From positions 186,001 to 250,000 of the forward strand of contig NEEC01000015.1 in NCBI GenBank assembly GCA_002189035.1: a stretch of 64,000 nucleotides of DNA, given 5' to 3'. Shown here one piece after another: positions 12,076 to 23,407 of the stretch. The stretch's first letter is position 1; each line of letters begins with the position of its first letter. Made by a program: the position numbers and the translations under genes. This DNA is from Utricularia gibba (Eukaryota; Plantae; Magnoliophyta). The notes beneath the pieces were generated by a model, which was given only the letters and a program-made list of their open reading frames with translations, had not been told where the DNA came from and made no database searches.

Positions 12076-13384
12076 TACACTGAAACTTCAATCAACAGAA
12101 ACCAAAACATTAACCCCACACCGATTTCGCTGAGATCCTCATCAGTTGAGTAACCGGCCAGCTACCATTTCCCATCAGCATTCAATAAAGCTGGAATCTT
12201 TGATCGGTTGGAGCTTGCCTGAGAACTGAAAAAGCTGGAAGCTGTACACGCAATAATGATTTGCTGAAACCGTGTAGTGGGTCTGCTATAAAAAGTAGCC
12301 TCCTCTAACCAGTTCATCAAAGGAAAATGGGAAACGGAAAAGAAAAACAAAAAACCTGTAAAATTATCCGTCAGTGAACAGTTAGCTGTCGGTCAGATGA
12401 AATCAATGCAGGTTGACGTATAGCTTCATTCACATCTCAAGATATCTTAATTTCGCAATCTTCATTTCATCTCCAGCTGCGCACCTCCACAAAAAAATAT
12501 ATTTTCATTAAATATTGAGAATTTCAACATAAAGTTCTTCCTCCCTCTTGCAATGGACAGCAACATCTTTTACCCCCCGGCCTACAGTATCGCAGTGCAG
12601 CAAATGAGCACCAGCCATCATTCACTCATCAAAAGCTTCCAATGGATCAAGCGTAAAGTTCTATTGGACTGGGTAAAAGCTAAACACTTGATTGGATTTC
12701 TTTTTTTGGATGCTCGAGCATTTGATCCGCCCCGAAGGCATCTGATTGTCGGCTGTGACCCAATGTGTGAATCCCTTCAATGCTTATATTGCACATGCCC
12801 ATCGAGAATGAAAAACAAAAGTGGGCAGTTGGAGTATTACGTAATCATTGTCGGCTGTGACGTGGCCTACCTGCTCTGAATGCCTTGCTCTTGAATCCTT
12901 TGAGTGCTCACCATCTGTATCGCCATGATGGGGATTTGGAGCTTTCTATCAGATTCTACGGCTTTGATTTCTCGTGAATGTTTGGTGGATTATCATTCTG
13001 CATGTGTTTGACTTTGTTTTGCTGGAGTCACTGTCTCCTATTTTCGATTTTTTAAATGGTAAATATTTATTCAATTTTTTTTCTATTTCTAGTCTCATGA
13101 TTTTGTGACATGTATAGCTATTAATTTTTGTATATATTGTTTAATTAGTGCTATTATAATTATATTCTTAACTCATAAAATAAATACAACATAATTTATA
13201 AAAGTTCCTTTAAATCCTAATCCCTCGATCAACCACTACGGTACTATTACAAGATTCAGATATATGCAGCGAAATATTCAGAGAAAGCACACCACCATTG
13301 TCCATTGTCCATTGTCCTGAAGCTCAACTCAGATGGCAACTGCGAGTGGAGGTACGCAAGCTCCTGAAGGCATGTTGGCCTCTA

Positions 13385-15229
13385 TCAACCAGAGTTTCTG
13401 GCAGAATGATCGGGAGGATGGAGCTCTTCGAGTTTGGCCAACACGTCCGCCATTCGAGGCCGCAGTTTCCGGTCATGGTTAATACATTCCGACGCGATTG
13501 AAGCGGCGGCGAGCGCAGCCTTCAGGGAGTATTTACCTTCGAGACGAACATCCATTATTCGAAACAGCTTCCTTCTGTCTGCTAAATACGCTGCCGCCCA
13601 TTCCACTAGTCTCTGTTCGTCACCCACCTTCGATTTGTCGATCGCAGGACGGCCAGATAGCAGTTCCAACAAAACGACTCCGAAACTGTAGACATCGCTC
13701 TTTGAAGACAGTCTACCTGTTCGCAGAGGCATTTGTGAGCAAAAGGGTCTGATAAACAAGGGGCAAAGTTCAGTTCTTTAACCTGTGGCGACATATTCAG
13801 GAGCAGCATAGCCCTTTGTACCTATAACTTGAGTTGATACATGTGTCCTTTCGCCTTTAGGACCGGCCTTCGCCAGACCGAAATCTGATAACTTCGCATT
13901 GAATTCCTGCATTGACCAAAATCGTCCCGTTATCAAAGTCATGAAGTGAAATTCTCAGATCGTTCAATGGAACTACCTTATCAAGAAGAATGTTTGACGC
14001 CTTGCAGTCTCTGTAAATAACTTGGTCTTCAGCTTCGTGCAAGAAAACGAGGCCACGAGCAGCATCAGCCGCGATCTTGATCCTCGTTGCCCAAGGCAGG
14101 GAATGGTTGCCCTCTGGAAAACAACAGTAATTACTAGCAAATGCAGAAAAGGAAAAAGCTTTCACTGATTTGGTCAAGGAAGTTCATGAATATAAAATAT
14201 ACTTTGAAACAAATGGTTTTCAAGGCTTCCTCTGGGCATATACTCGTAAACTAATAGCCGGCTTTGTCCCTCGGAACAGTATCCTATGAGTTTAACCAGG
14301 TTTGGATGACGAAGTTGTCCCAGATAGTTCACTTCTGTCTGAAAAAAGGAGTACGGTTAAAAGAGGATGCTACTGGCATCAATTAAGTAAAAACTATCTG
14401 ATCATGTATCAGAGAGTACCAGCCATTGCTTGTGACCTTGAAATCCCTCGGGCTTCAACTGCTTCACAGCAACAACCAATCCGCTACCAGGTCTCACAGG
14501 ACTGAGTGTATGTTCATCAATCCAACCCTTGTAAACATATCCAAATCCGCCTTCTCCAATAAGGCCATCTGGCGAAAAGTTACGAGTTGCTTTCTTTAGC
14601 TCGTTAAAGGAGAAGGCTTTCACATTGATTGATGACAATATTTCAGCTTCTGATCTTGGAAGAGGAAGGAATTGGGGTATGTTTTCCCTAGTGTCCTCTG
14701 TACTGATATTCCTACTGTTAAGGGAAGTGATTCCACTTGAAGGAGCTAATGAACTGCTCGATATCTTGTAGATTCTTGAACCGTCTAAATTCAAGGAATG
14801 AAGAGCATGAATCAGTGATAAACCAAAATCAAGCAGTACTTCAATCCAATAAAGCGCTAGCTAACTAAAAGCAATTCATCACAGTGAAGATACTCCGCAT
14901 CAGTTAGCAATAATTGCAACGGATTTTTTCAACTCCAATTCAGAAAACAGAGCATATAACTTAGGTCATAATCCTCCTTCAGGCGATGAACCATGCAAAA
15001 CTGGGAAAAAAAAGAAACAAAAATAACTACGAATCCTTGAAATAAGTAGCTTTCTTGTATTACTGATAAAAAAAGTAGATGTCTTTTATCAAGAAACAAA
15101 CCGAATATAAGAACCTTTACTCCATTGCAATTGAATACAGGAAAGAGGTGACAGGAGAAGAAATATAATACCAGATGCCGAACTGACGTTTGCATCAACC
15201 CTTGCCGGCAAAACGAAGCAATTTCCCAT
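13385..15229 (-). CDS. Receptor-like cytoplasmic kinase VII, PBL2/PBL3 (APK2)-type
   Basis: Exon 1 15229-15172 encodes [19 protein letters not shown] (myristoylation-type MGNC), which the ORF track misses. Then [100 protein letters not shown]. Confidence 0.93.
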
Positions 15230-16665
15230 ATATGTCTCAAACGAGGCAACTGCAAGACGCCTTAAATACTACACCTTGTAAGCCCCAGGAAGGGGAGCAT
15301 CTGAAACCATTTGAGAATCAACGGACTGGGTCAACTAGTGAAGAAATTCCATAAAAAAAACCAAGACCGGTCCAAGACATAACCGGAGTTTTGTAATAGC
15401 GGTGGTGTACATGCGAAGAAAACCAGTATTTGGCATGTTTCTCCTCCAAGGTGTCAAAACGACACAAATGTAAACGCCCTGAACCCCACAACTACCCAAT
15501 TTTTACACATTTCCCAGCAAACCGTAGTGACCGTTTTCATGGTCCTGGTCATGCCTTACACCCCCAACCCGCCAATCAATTACGCGTCTTTGTTACCTAA
15601 TGCAACTAGACATCGTCATTTTAGCATGAATAATTTCACACCGCTTCTGCCTGTTTTAGACGTCATCCATCTTTGTGGAAAGATAAGAACAACTTAATGG
15701 AAGATGTGTGTGAAGGTAAATGACAAATGGTATGAAATGGATTTGTCTTGCCTAACAAACTGACCGAATAAAATTTCCCTGACTTGACTTATCTTCACAC
15801 AAACCATGTTTCCTTTCTAGTACTAACCCTTCTGAAAAAACAAAGAAAGGAATATATCACAAGGCAATGGAAGATTGAATCCACGACAGGTCTCCATCAG
15901 TCCTTATTCTAAAGCTATCAGTATCAAGATAAGAAGTTGCTTCAGAATCACTATTGTCTTCTCTTTTGAGAAACTTACGCATCAATTCACCCTGGTCAAG
16001 ATTCAAGCCCATGATGCAAGAATCAAATGCGTGTGCATCCCTTTCACGCAAAGGCGGCCGGCGTTCAAAGCAACTTGAGCGAAAGTTTCATTCATAGCGC
16101 GCCGAGGTTCCGTGAACATTTCAAAAAGCTCATTAAATGCAATCTTTTTCATCCCAAATTATGTCAATTGGATGAGGTTCCCGACACAAACAACTTACCC
16201 TCCCTCAGATCCTGGACCCTACAGTTGACCGCAATGTCGCCGGAGTCGTCGGCGACGGTTGACGTTTTCGTCGAGGGAGTCATCATCGCTTTCGTTGTGA
16301 GCTAGGGCGTGCGTTGGTGCGTTTGATACTTGGAGATGACGTGGCGGATCTCCCACCACTTGTTTGCTTTAAAGACAATGAGAGTGGTCAAATTCGTAAA
16401 AGAACTTACTCTGGATTCTATCTAATTCAGGCAATTATTACATGCTAACCATTTACGTGCAACAATTGTTTTAAAAAAATAATCTGAGATAAATATCCAA
16501 TTCCCATTTTATGTTCTAATTTGTGAATTAATTCTACATAATTATATTTATAATAGTAGAGAGTTTTTCCAACGGCAACACTAATCTCCTATTTCAATGT
16601 AAAATCTGGAGAAGAGGACTAAAAATCCTGGAATTTTTCAAACGATGTACTTGGGATCCTCATTT

Positions 16666-17587
16666 TCAGGTGAAGCGGTGTTCGCCCCACGGCCACAATA
16701 TTCCTTGCTCATCCACTCCACAGAACGTGCTGCAGTAGAAGCTACTACTTCCTTCCTTGACAACTTGACCTATTCTGGAGCCATAGAGTTCAGCCGACAG
16801 CCGGCTCTCGATGGCTGGATTTCTTGAAATCTCGATCTTGGTTTCTGAGCTGTTCTCGGTTCGGTTGCTTGATGACTCTTCAGTCCCCCTGTTCGGATTC
16901 GCCATCTCTGTTTTCCCCATGTTGTTCAGGACCAGTATCTGAATCAGCAACGTATAAATGTCACCATCTTTTTCACTATGGATACGGCGAATCAAAATAA
17001 ATGTCTTACGTTCACCTCAGCATGAAGCTTCAGGTTCTGTGCGCGAAGAGCATCGTTTTCAGCTCTGGCTGCTTCGACCTGACGTTTGAGAAGATTGTAG
17101 TTTTTCTCGAGCTGCTTTGTCTTCCATCGGGCTCTTCTGTTTTGAAACCAGATAGCTACTTGCCGCGGCTGCAGCCCCAGATCCCGAGCCAATTGGGTTT
17201 TCCTCTCGGGATCGAGCTTGCTCCCCAGCTCGAAGCTCCTCTCGAGTGTCTTCACTTGCTCCATGTCGAGCCTCCGCTTCTTTTCTCCCCCGTCGTCGGA
17301 TAACTCGTCTTCCCCGTTGCTGTTTCGCTTCGTTTCTTCGTATAATCCAGCGCCGTTTTCGTACCTCATCGATGATGATCTCTTCCCATCTAACAGGAAC
17401 AGAATTATATGCATACTCTTCAAGAAGAAACCATACAGACAATCAATCAATTCAGTAAGTTACCCAGAAAACCATGAGGAAGAATAGGAGCAGGAGAGAT
17501 GTATGAGGGTCTGTGAATATCAGCAGCTGCAGCATCATCGTGAGAGAATTGGAGTTGGAGCATGAAGTTTGGATGGAAAAACCCCAT
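16666..17587 (-). CDS. HD-Zip class I transcription factor, ATHB13/ATHB23/HAT7 (alpha) clade
   Basis: Exons 17587-17464, 17389-17016, 16938-16666. N-terminus [15 protein letters not shown] motif, [37 protein letters not shown]...[17 protein letters not shown]-terminal [13 protein letters not shown]; these features fit this clade. Confidence 0.93.
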
Positions 17588-18726
17588 TTTTTCTCATGGG
17601 GATGATTTATCAGAACCCGTCAAGCCAGAGACTGAAAACTTGAGAGAGGCCTCATGAAAGTGCCACCTTGGACGAAATTATTTGTAAAGCTTTCAACTTT
17701 TATTTTCCTCCCACATTTTCCTATAAGCTTCGAGCAAATTGACATTCAAAAGATACATATTTTTTTTTATCATACACATATGTCGTTTTCCTCACAGTTA
17801 GAAGATATCCATGTCTTTATCACTAGGAACCAGCTTTCTCGGCGGGCGCTCTCTCGTTGTCAGACATCTGGTTCCTGGGGTCCGATCCAACATCCGACAC
17901 GTGCATGTGTGCGCTGTCCGGGGCTGACTCAACACCAGAGCTCAGCCCTTTTGGAGTAACAAAAGTTAGTTTACAGGTAGGCGTTGGCGATAGATGCGAG
18001 AGCCTCGTCCAGAACTTGTTAGATCTATCAGGGACGAAGATGGAAATCTCTCAAGGAATGGATCCACGGGTGAGATCATGCCTGCTGATGTGCTAGTCGA
18101 CATCTCTTGGAACATACTCACTATCTGTCATCATTCAGTCATATCCAAAAAAAACCAACTGGATCACTAATTCAACTTGATTTAGACTCTTACAAGACTA
18201 TCATTTGTTGCACAGATCATTAAACGAGTTTGTTCTCATAGATTTGTTCCAACAGAAGATAAACTCTTGAAGATCAAACGTGATATATTGTTTATTTGGA
18301 AGAAGAGCAGAAGCGGAATGGCATGGATCTTCACACAGATAGAGCAAAAGACTGTAGCTTGTAGGCCATGTGACAGCAGCTGAACACCCAACGGACAATC
18401 CCTTCAAAAGAAAGGCACTTCCTGCCAACTATTGCTCAATACTGAAACTCTAAACACATTACTATGTTATCTTGAACCATAAAAATGACAACTGTGAGCA
18501 AAATTATGGTAAGGGGTGTGTACTTCACTATGCCAACAAAGATGTCTAGTGTTCTAAAGTTTACCATTAACAAAAAGGGACTGGCCCTGGCTTCGTTTCA
18601 CACATCTTCTCCACAATGGACTGTGCATCGTCTGGCTGCTACTTCAATACAACCAACCTCTCACGAGAAAAATAAGAATGACGGTGTGTGTTGATTCAGA
18701 TGCTATTTGCAATGGGGTAAAAGAAT

Positions 18727-21700
18727 TTAACCAAGATGGAAACCAGTTGACTTGAAAGAACTGCTTGCAAGGTCTGGAAGCATGCGAACTGCAATGATAC
18801 CAGCTCCCAGTGCGGATACCGAAGCTAAGACAAAAGCTGGTATGTTGCCACCCCGAATAAAGCATCCCAAGGTCCAGCACCAAGGGATACAATCATCTGG
18901 AATAAATCAATCGTTCACTTGAATATGAATGCAGATTTGGAATTTTTGTGGCAGATAAACAGATGTCTCGTAAGATGGGCGTTACCCCTATGAAAGTATA
19001 CCAATAGAGAGAAAAAAAAAATCAACCTGGGGTATCACAATGGCAAGATTAAGAACTCCGATGGCCAATCCTGAAAAAAAACAAAAACCAAAATCATGAT
19101 CGAGAAAATTTTGGAGTTCAAAGAGAAAGATGATGGCACGGGGAGTAAGACAGCAATTTTCAGCATACCTTGCCCACCTCCTGAATCAGCAGTTAATTCA
19201 GCTGTAACAGAAAACGGTACACTATAGGTAATCTGAAATGCACATGAAAGAAGTTAACAATGTTAAGCTTACGATGCATTTAAGAGAAAAAAAAAAAAAA
19301 AAACTTACTGCAAGAGGAACTCCAAGAAGAGCAAAAACAACCAATGACGCAATTTTAGTAGTTCTGCTTGCACCAATTATATGCTGGATTTCATTAGAGT
19401 GTTGTCTAGCAGATACCAAGCTGATGATGGCAGTAAAACCCATGCAAATAAATACAACAAAATTGCTAGTGGCCCATACTAGCCTTGGTCCGATAAATTG
19501 GCACATAGGATCAATAAAGAAGGAGCTGATGCCCAGGACAACCTGCATTCATCAAAAGAGGTCCACAATACGCACGATCAGTCATTGGATTGCCCAATGA
19601 TATTCCCAGTAATTCGTATAAGTGGAAGTCATGAGCCAAACTTCATTTGATTGTGGGTTCTTACAGAATTCAATAGCAAACCAAATGCACCTTCTCTCAC
19701 ACCTTGATTGTAGGCTTGAACTTCAGCATTCTCTCCAGTTGGATCGCCATGAAAAACTTCCCTTCCCATCCAGTCTGTGTCAAAGAGAAAAAATGGGAAC
19801 CAGGACAGCTACATAAAACAGAAAAAAAAAAAACATAGAAATCAGAATATAGAATTATCGAAAGGTACATGTGCCGACAAATCAAATATAGTTTGGAGTA
19901 CGTACCCAAGTCAAAGCCATGACAGCAAGCACTGAATGCATAGCAGGAGGTAAATGACGCAAGCTGGTTAGCAGGTTAACCAATACTGCTCCTGGACTGT
20001 TGTGAAAATTGTCACTTCTTTCTGAAATTCTTTTTTCAGATCCTGCAGCATCATCTACAGAATAATTCCTATTAGGCTGAACTTCCAGCTCATAGAAACT
20101 CGTATGGGAAGCAACTTTCAATTTTGAAAGCTCGGAAGACTCAGTGAGCTCAATTTCATCCAAAAGGGGAGCAGAATCTGATACATTGTGTAGTTGATCA
20201 GGAATCAAGGGTACTTCCCTAGCGAAGTAGAGGGTCACAAGTGTACACAGAGAAAGAAACACCTGCGTAACATCCAAAATTAGAAGCTAAATGATGAAAA
20301 ATTATGTACACATTACTGACAACATACTCACCACTGCAACCAAGAATGCAGCTTTGAGGTTCCCACATGGCTCACAACAAGCTCTGTTTGTTAGAAAGGG
20401 AAACCAGCTGCATATGAAAACAAAAACCATATAAGATGAGCAAGGTTATTATGCATACAAGGATGTAGATCAGCTTTACTCAGTGTTTTGATCATTTTTC
20501 TTGCATGATAAATTTGGTGTGTCAAATAATTCTTGAAATGAATATACCATAATCTCATCTTCACCTGTGCCATTTACCACTAGCCCCTGCTGAAAATCCC
20601 AGAATATTGCCAACAGCCATCCAAGAGCAAAATATTGCATTTGCAGAATTTCTCTGGTCAGGCCCTACAATTGAACGAGAAATTTGATTGGTAACCAAAA
20701 TAAGAGAACAGGAACCTCTGCTGGAGATCCAATAACATCCCACAATCATAGGACCAGAAGCCAAAGTTTCCAACTAAACATGTATTTTCACAAGCAAGTG
20801 AAATAAAATTATTCTCCTTCTTTCTTGTTTATCAATAAGAAAAGGCTAAAAAACAAAAGAATGATGTAGCAGGAGCAGAAGTGGGATTACCTGATAAATC
20901 AGCCAAGAGCGCTCTAGCTGGACCCTAGTAACAGTGAATACAGTCAATTTCCAAAGAGCAATTAGGGGAACACTAGCTGAGAGCTTCTTGACAAGTCACA
21001 TTAGAATCTACCTGTACAGTGTTGTTCGCAAGGTCAAGCATCCAGAATCCAATTACAAAAATAAATGCTGCCCTGGTTCGAGTACCTTTAAATATGCTGA
21101 ATTGAGAAGGGTTCAGACACATAAACTTAGATAACAAGTATGGACAGCAGAAAAGGGTGCGACAAACCTGCAATGCTCCTTTGTATCACCTAAAATGTAA
21201 CCAATGTCAGCCGAAAACCCAATAATGATGACCTGGTATAGAAGATTCAGTTAGGCATATATATAACTTCAGGTGACAAAAAGTGTTCATTGTGCCATAC
21301 ATACTGCGATGCATATCATTATAGCTCCTACAAAGATGAAAGGCCTCCGCCTGCCATACTTTGAAGTGCATTTATCGCTCCATATGCCAACGCAAGGTTG
21401 AACCTGGGGTTCGAGCTCAACTCAATTAAAAACCAAATCGAAACACTGGAGGCGTAGAAACTCAAAAGAAGAAAAAAAATATGGTCTTACAGCATACCAC
21501 TAGTCCAGTTATTGGTCCACAAAGCCATATGAAAGAAGAAGCAGCATGACCAATACCAAGCGTCTGTTGATAAAATGACATTTAACCCAAATCCAATCAA
21601 TCAGAGGTACACCACAGACAAAAAAATCAGGCCATTTCCGTACAAACCGCCTTCCATTGTCACCTTCATTGACAATTCCCATCGACGACCAAGTACCTCC

Positions 21701-22018
21701 CCCGCAAACCATAAAATCAATTCGCGAGCTTGCACTCACCTGAACATACGGGGTTAGAAGGGACAGCTGAAGGGCCCATCCGAACTGCACCCCTGCTGCC
21801 ACCGTGCAACTGAGTATCAGGGTCCAAAGACTGCAGTTTTTTGACGGCGGACGGGTCCGATCGGGATCCGGAGACAACTCACTCTCTTCAGATGGCAATG
21901 ATGGTTTATGGATCTGTTCCGCGCTCCGTGTTTCCCATTCCTCGGCGCCCACCAGCTCCACTTCCCTCTTCAAGTTCCTGTATGGAACCCTAGTCGGTAA
22001 TTCCATTATTTTCACCAC
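18727..22018 (-). CDS. SUT2: Sucrose/H+ symporter, SUT2/SUC3 clade, many small exons; apparent 1-nt frameshift at 18851-18854
   Basis: Extended N-terminus ([11 protein letters not shown]), [35 protein letters not shown]|[11 protein letters not shown], extended central loop, [22 protein letters not shown], last exon [14 protein letters not shown][G]GGNIPAF...STGFHLG*. Confidence 0.94.
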
Positions 22019-22450
22019 CGAAATCGCTTCGGCAACACCGATTCAAATCTCTAACTTTTCATGATCTGATTCTAATGGATGAAGCCACCGCCCGGAAAAA
22101 ATCAACGGTTTGTTTATGGTTGCGAGAGTCGTCCCATTTAGAACAGACACCAAGGGTACAATAGTCATTCTCATAATAAAAAATAACGTTATTATTATTT
22201 CTATCTCGTTTCTGAATTTCCAAGAGAGAAAAAAAAACTTTTTTTAAAATTTGTAGTCTATAAAAAAATATTTAAATAAAAAAGGATAACGAGGATGAGG
22301 AGAGCGATATGGAAATAAATTAAATTACAAATGAATTTTATGTAAAATATTAATTATTTTGTTAAAAACGAACTCCTAGCTGCCACACAATTTGAATTCT
22401 GAATAGGGAAATTTAGGCAGGTTCTTTTATTTCTATTTCATTGGATACCC

Positions 22451-22480
22451 CGACACGCTGATACTCGTATCAGCGTGTCG
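22451..22480. repeat. Perfect 14-bp inverted repeat (CGACACGCTGATAC-TC-GTATCAGCGTGTCG)
   Basis: The arms are exact reverse complements with a 2-nt spacer, read directly from the sequence. Confidence 0.9.
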
Positions 22481-22599
22481 CCGGTCTTTTTTTTTTTCTT
22501 TTTGTACTCTGGTTACTCATGGGTGCTGGCTGAAGCTGATACATACAGGGGCATCCCCAAACCAGCAAACCCTAAAATGCACCACAACAACGACTCAGT

Positions 22600-23407
22600 C
22601 TAATTTCCGGTCAGTAAAGCCCTGATTACGGCTGCTTCGTCGCTGCCGACGTCCGCCGTCGCAAGCAGCTGCGACAGGCGCTCGCTGAGATCGCTGATCT
22701 CTCGTTGCAAGCCTCTGATGTAGACACAGGTCTCTTCAAGCACCTTGGTTGCTGAAACCTGGAAGCTCATGGACCCATTTGGTCAGTGAACACATCATCA
22801 TTCCTTTCTTTCTTTTTTTTTAGTTTCACAGCAACCGAGATCGATGCATTATCATCAAACAGACACACAGAAGGATAAACACATGGGGTCACGACAGTAA
22901 CTGAGTTGATTCAAACTCTTTTAAATGAGTCTTCGTGTGTGTTCGTGGCGTTCTTCCAGAACCCATCTAACTAACTCACTGCCTACCGCGTGGATCACCA
23001 TTATCTCCATTAAAAAAAGGCAAGAAAATCCAAACGGATCCGAGTGAAAGAGAATCCACCGTACATTGGATAGACAAGGAAATATTTATGTTATCCTACA
23101 ACGTGGATGTTGATTATCGGGGCTCGCCACACGCCACAAGACAGTGGGGCGAAAGTGAAGAAGCAAACGAACGAGCAGGCATCAAGCATTTTTTAAGACA
23201 GCAGCATTGTATGAATTATTCATAACACAGCATTTCAGTGTTAGACCTTGCTCTCCTGATGCAAACAAGTACCTTGTTACAGTTTCCGGTGCGGCGGGTG
23301 ATCTCGGGGATGGCCTGCTCCATCCTGGAAACAAGGGCAGCGATTTGCTCCTCGGTTATCCTCGACGAAGCAGCCGGTTTTCGGGAGGTTTCTCTTCGGG
23401 AGGACAT
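22600..23407 (-). CDS. PRE: Atypical non-DNA-binding bHLH (HLH), PRE/ILI/KIDARI family
   Basis: Exon 1 23407-23273 [45 protein letters not shown]; exon 2 22758-22600 [52 protein letters not shown]. Exon 2 is below the ORF-track cutoff. Confidence 0.93.
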
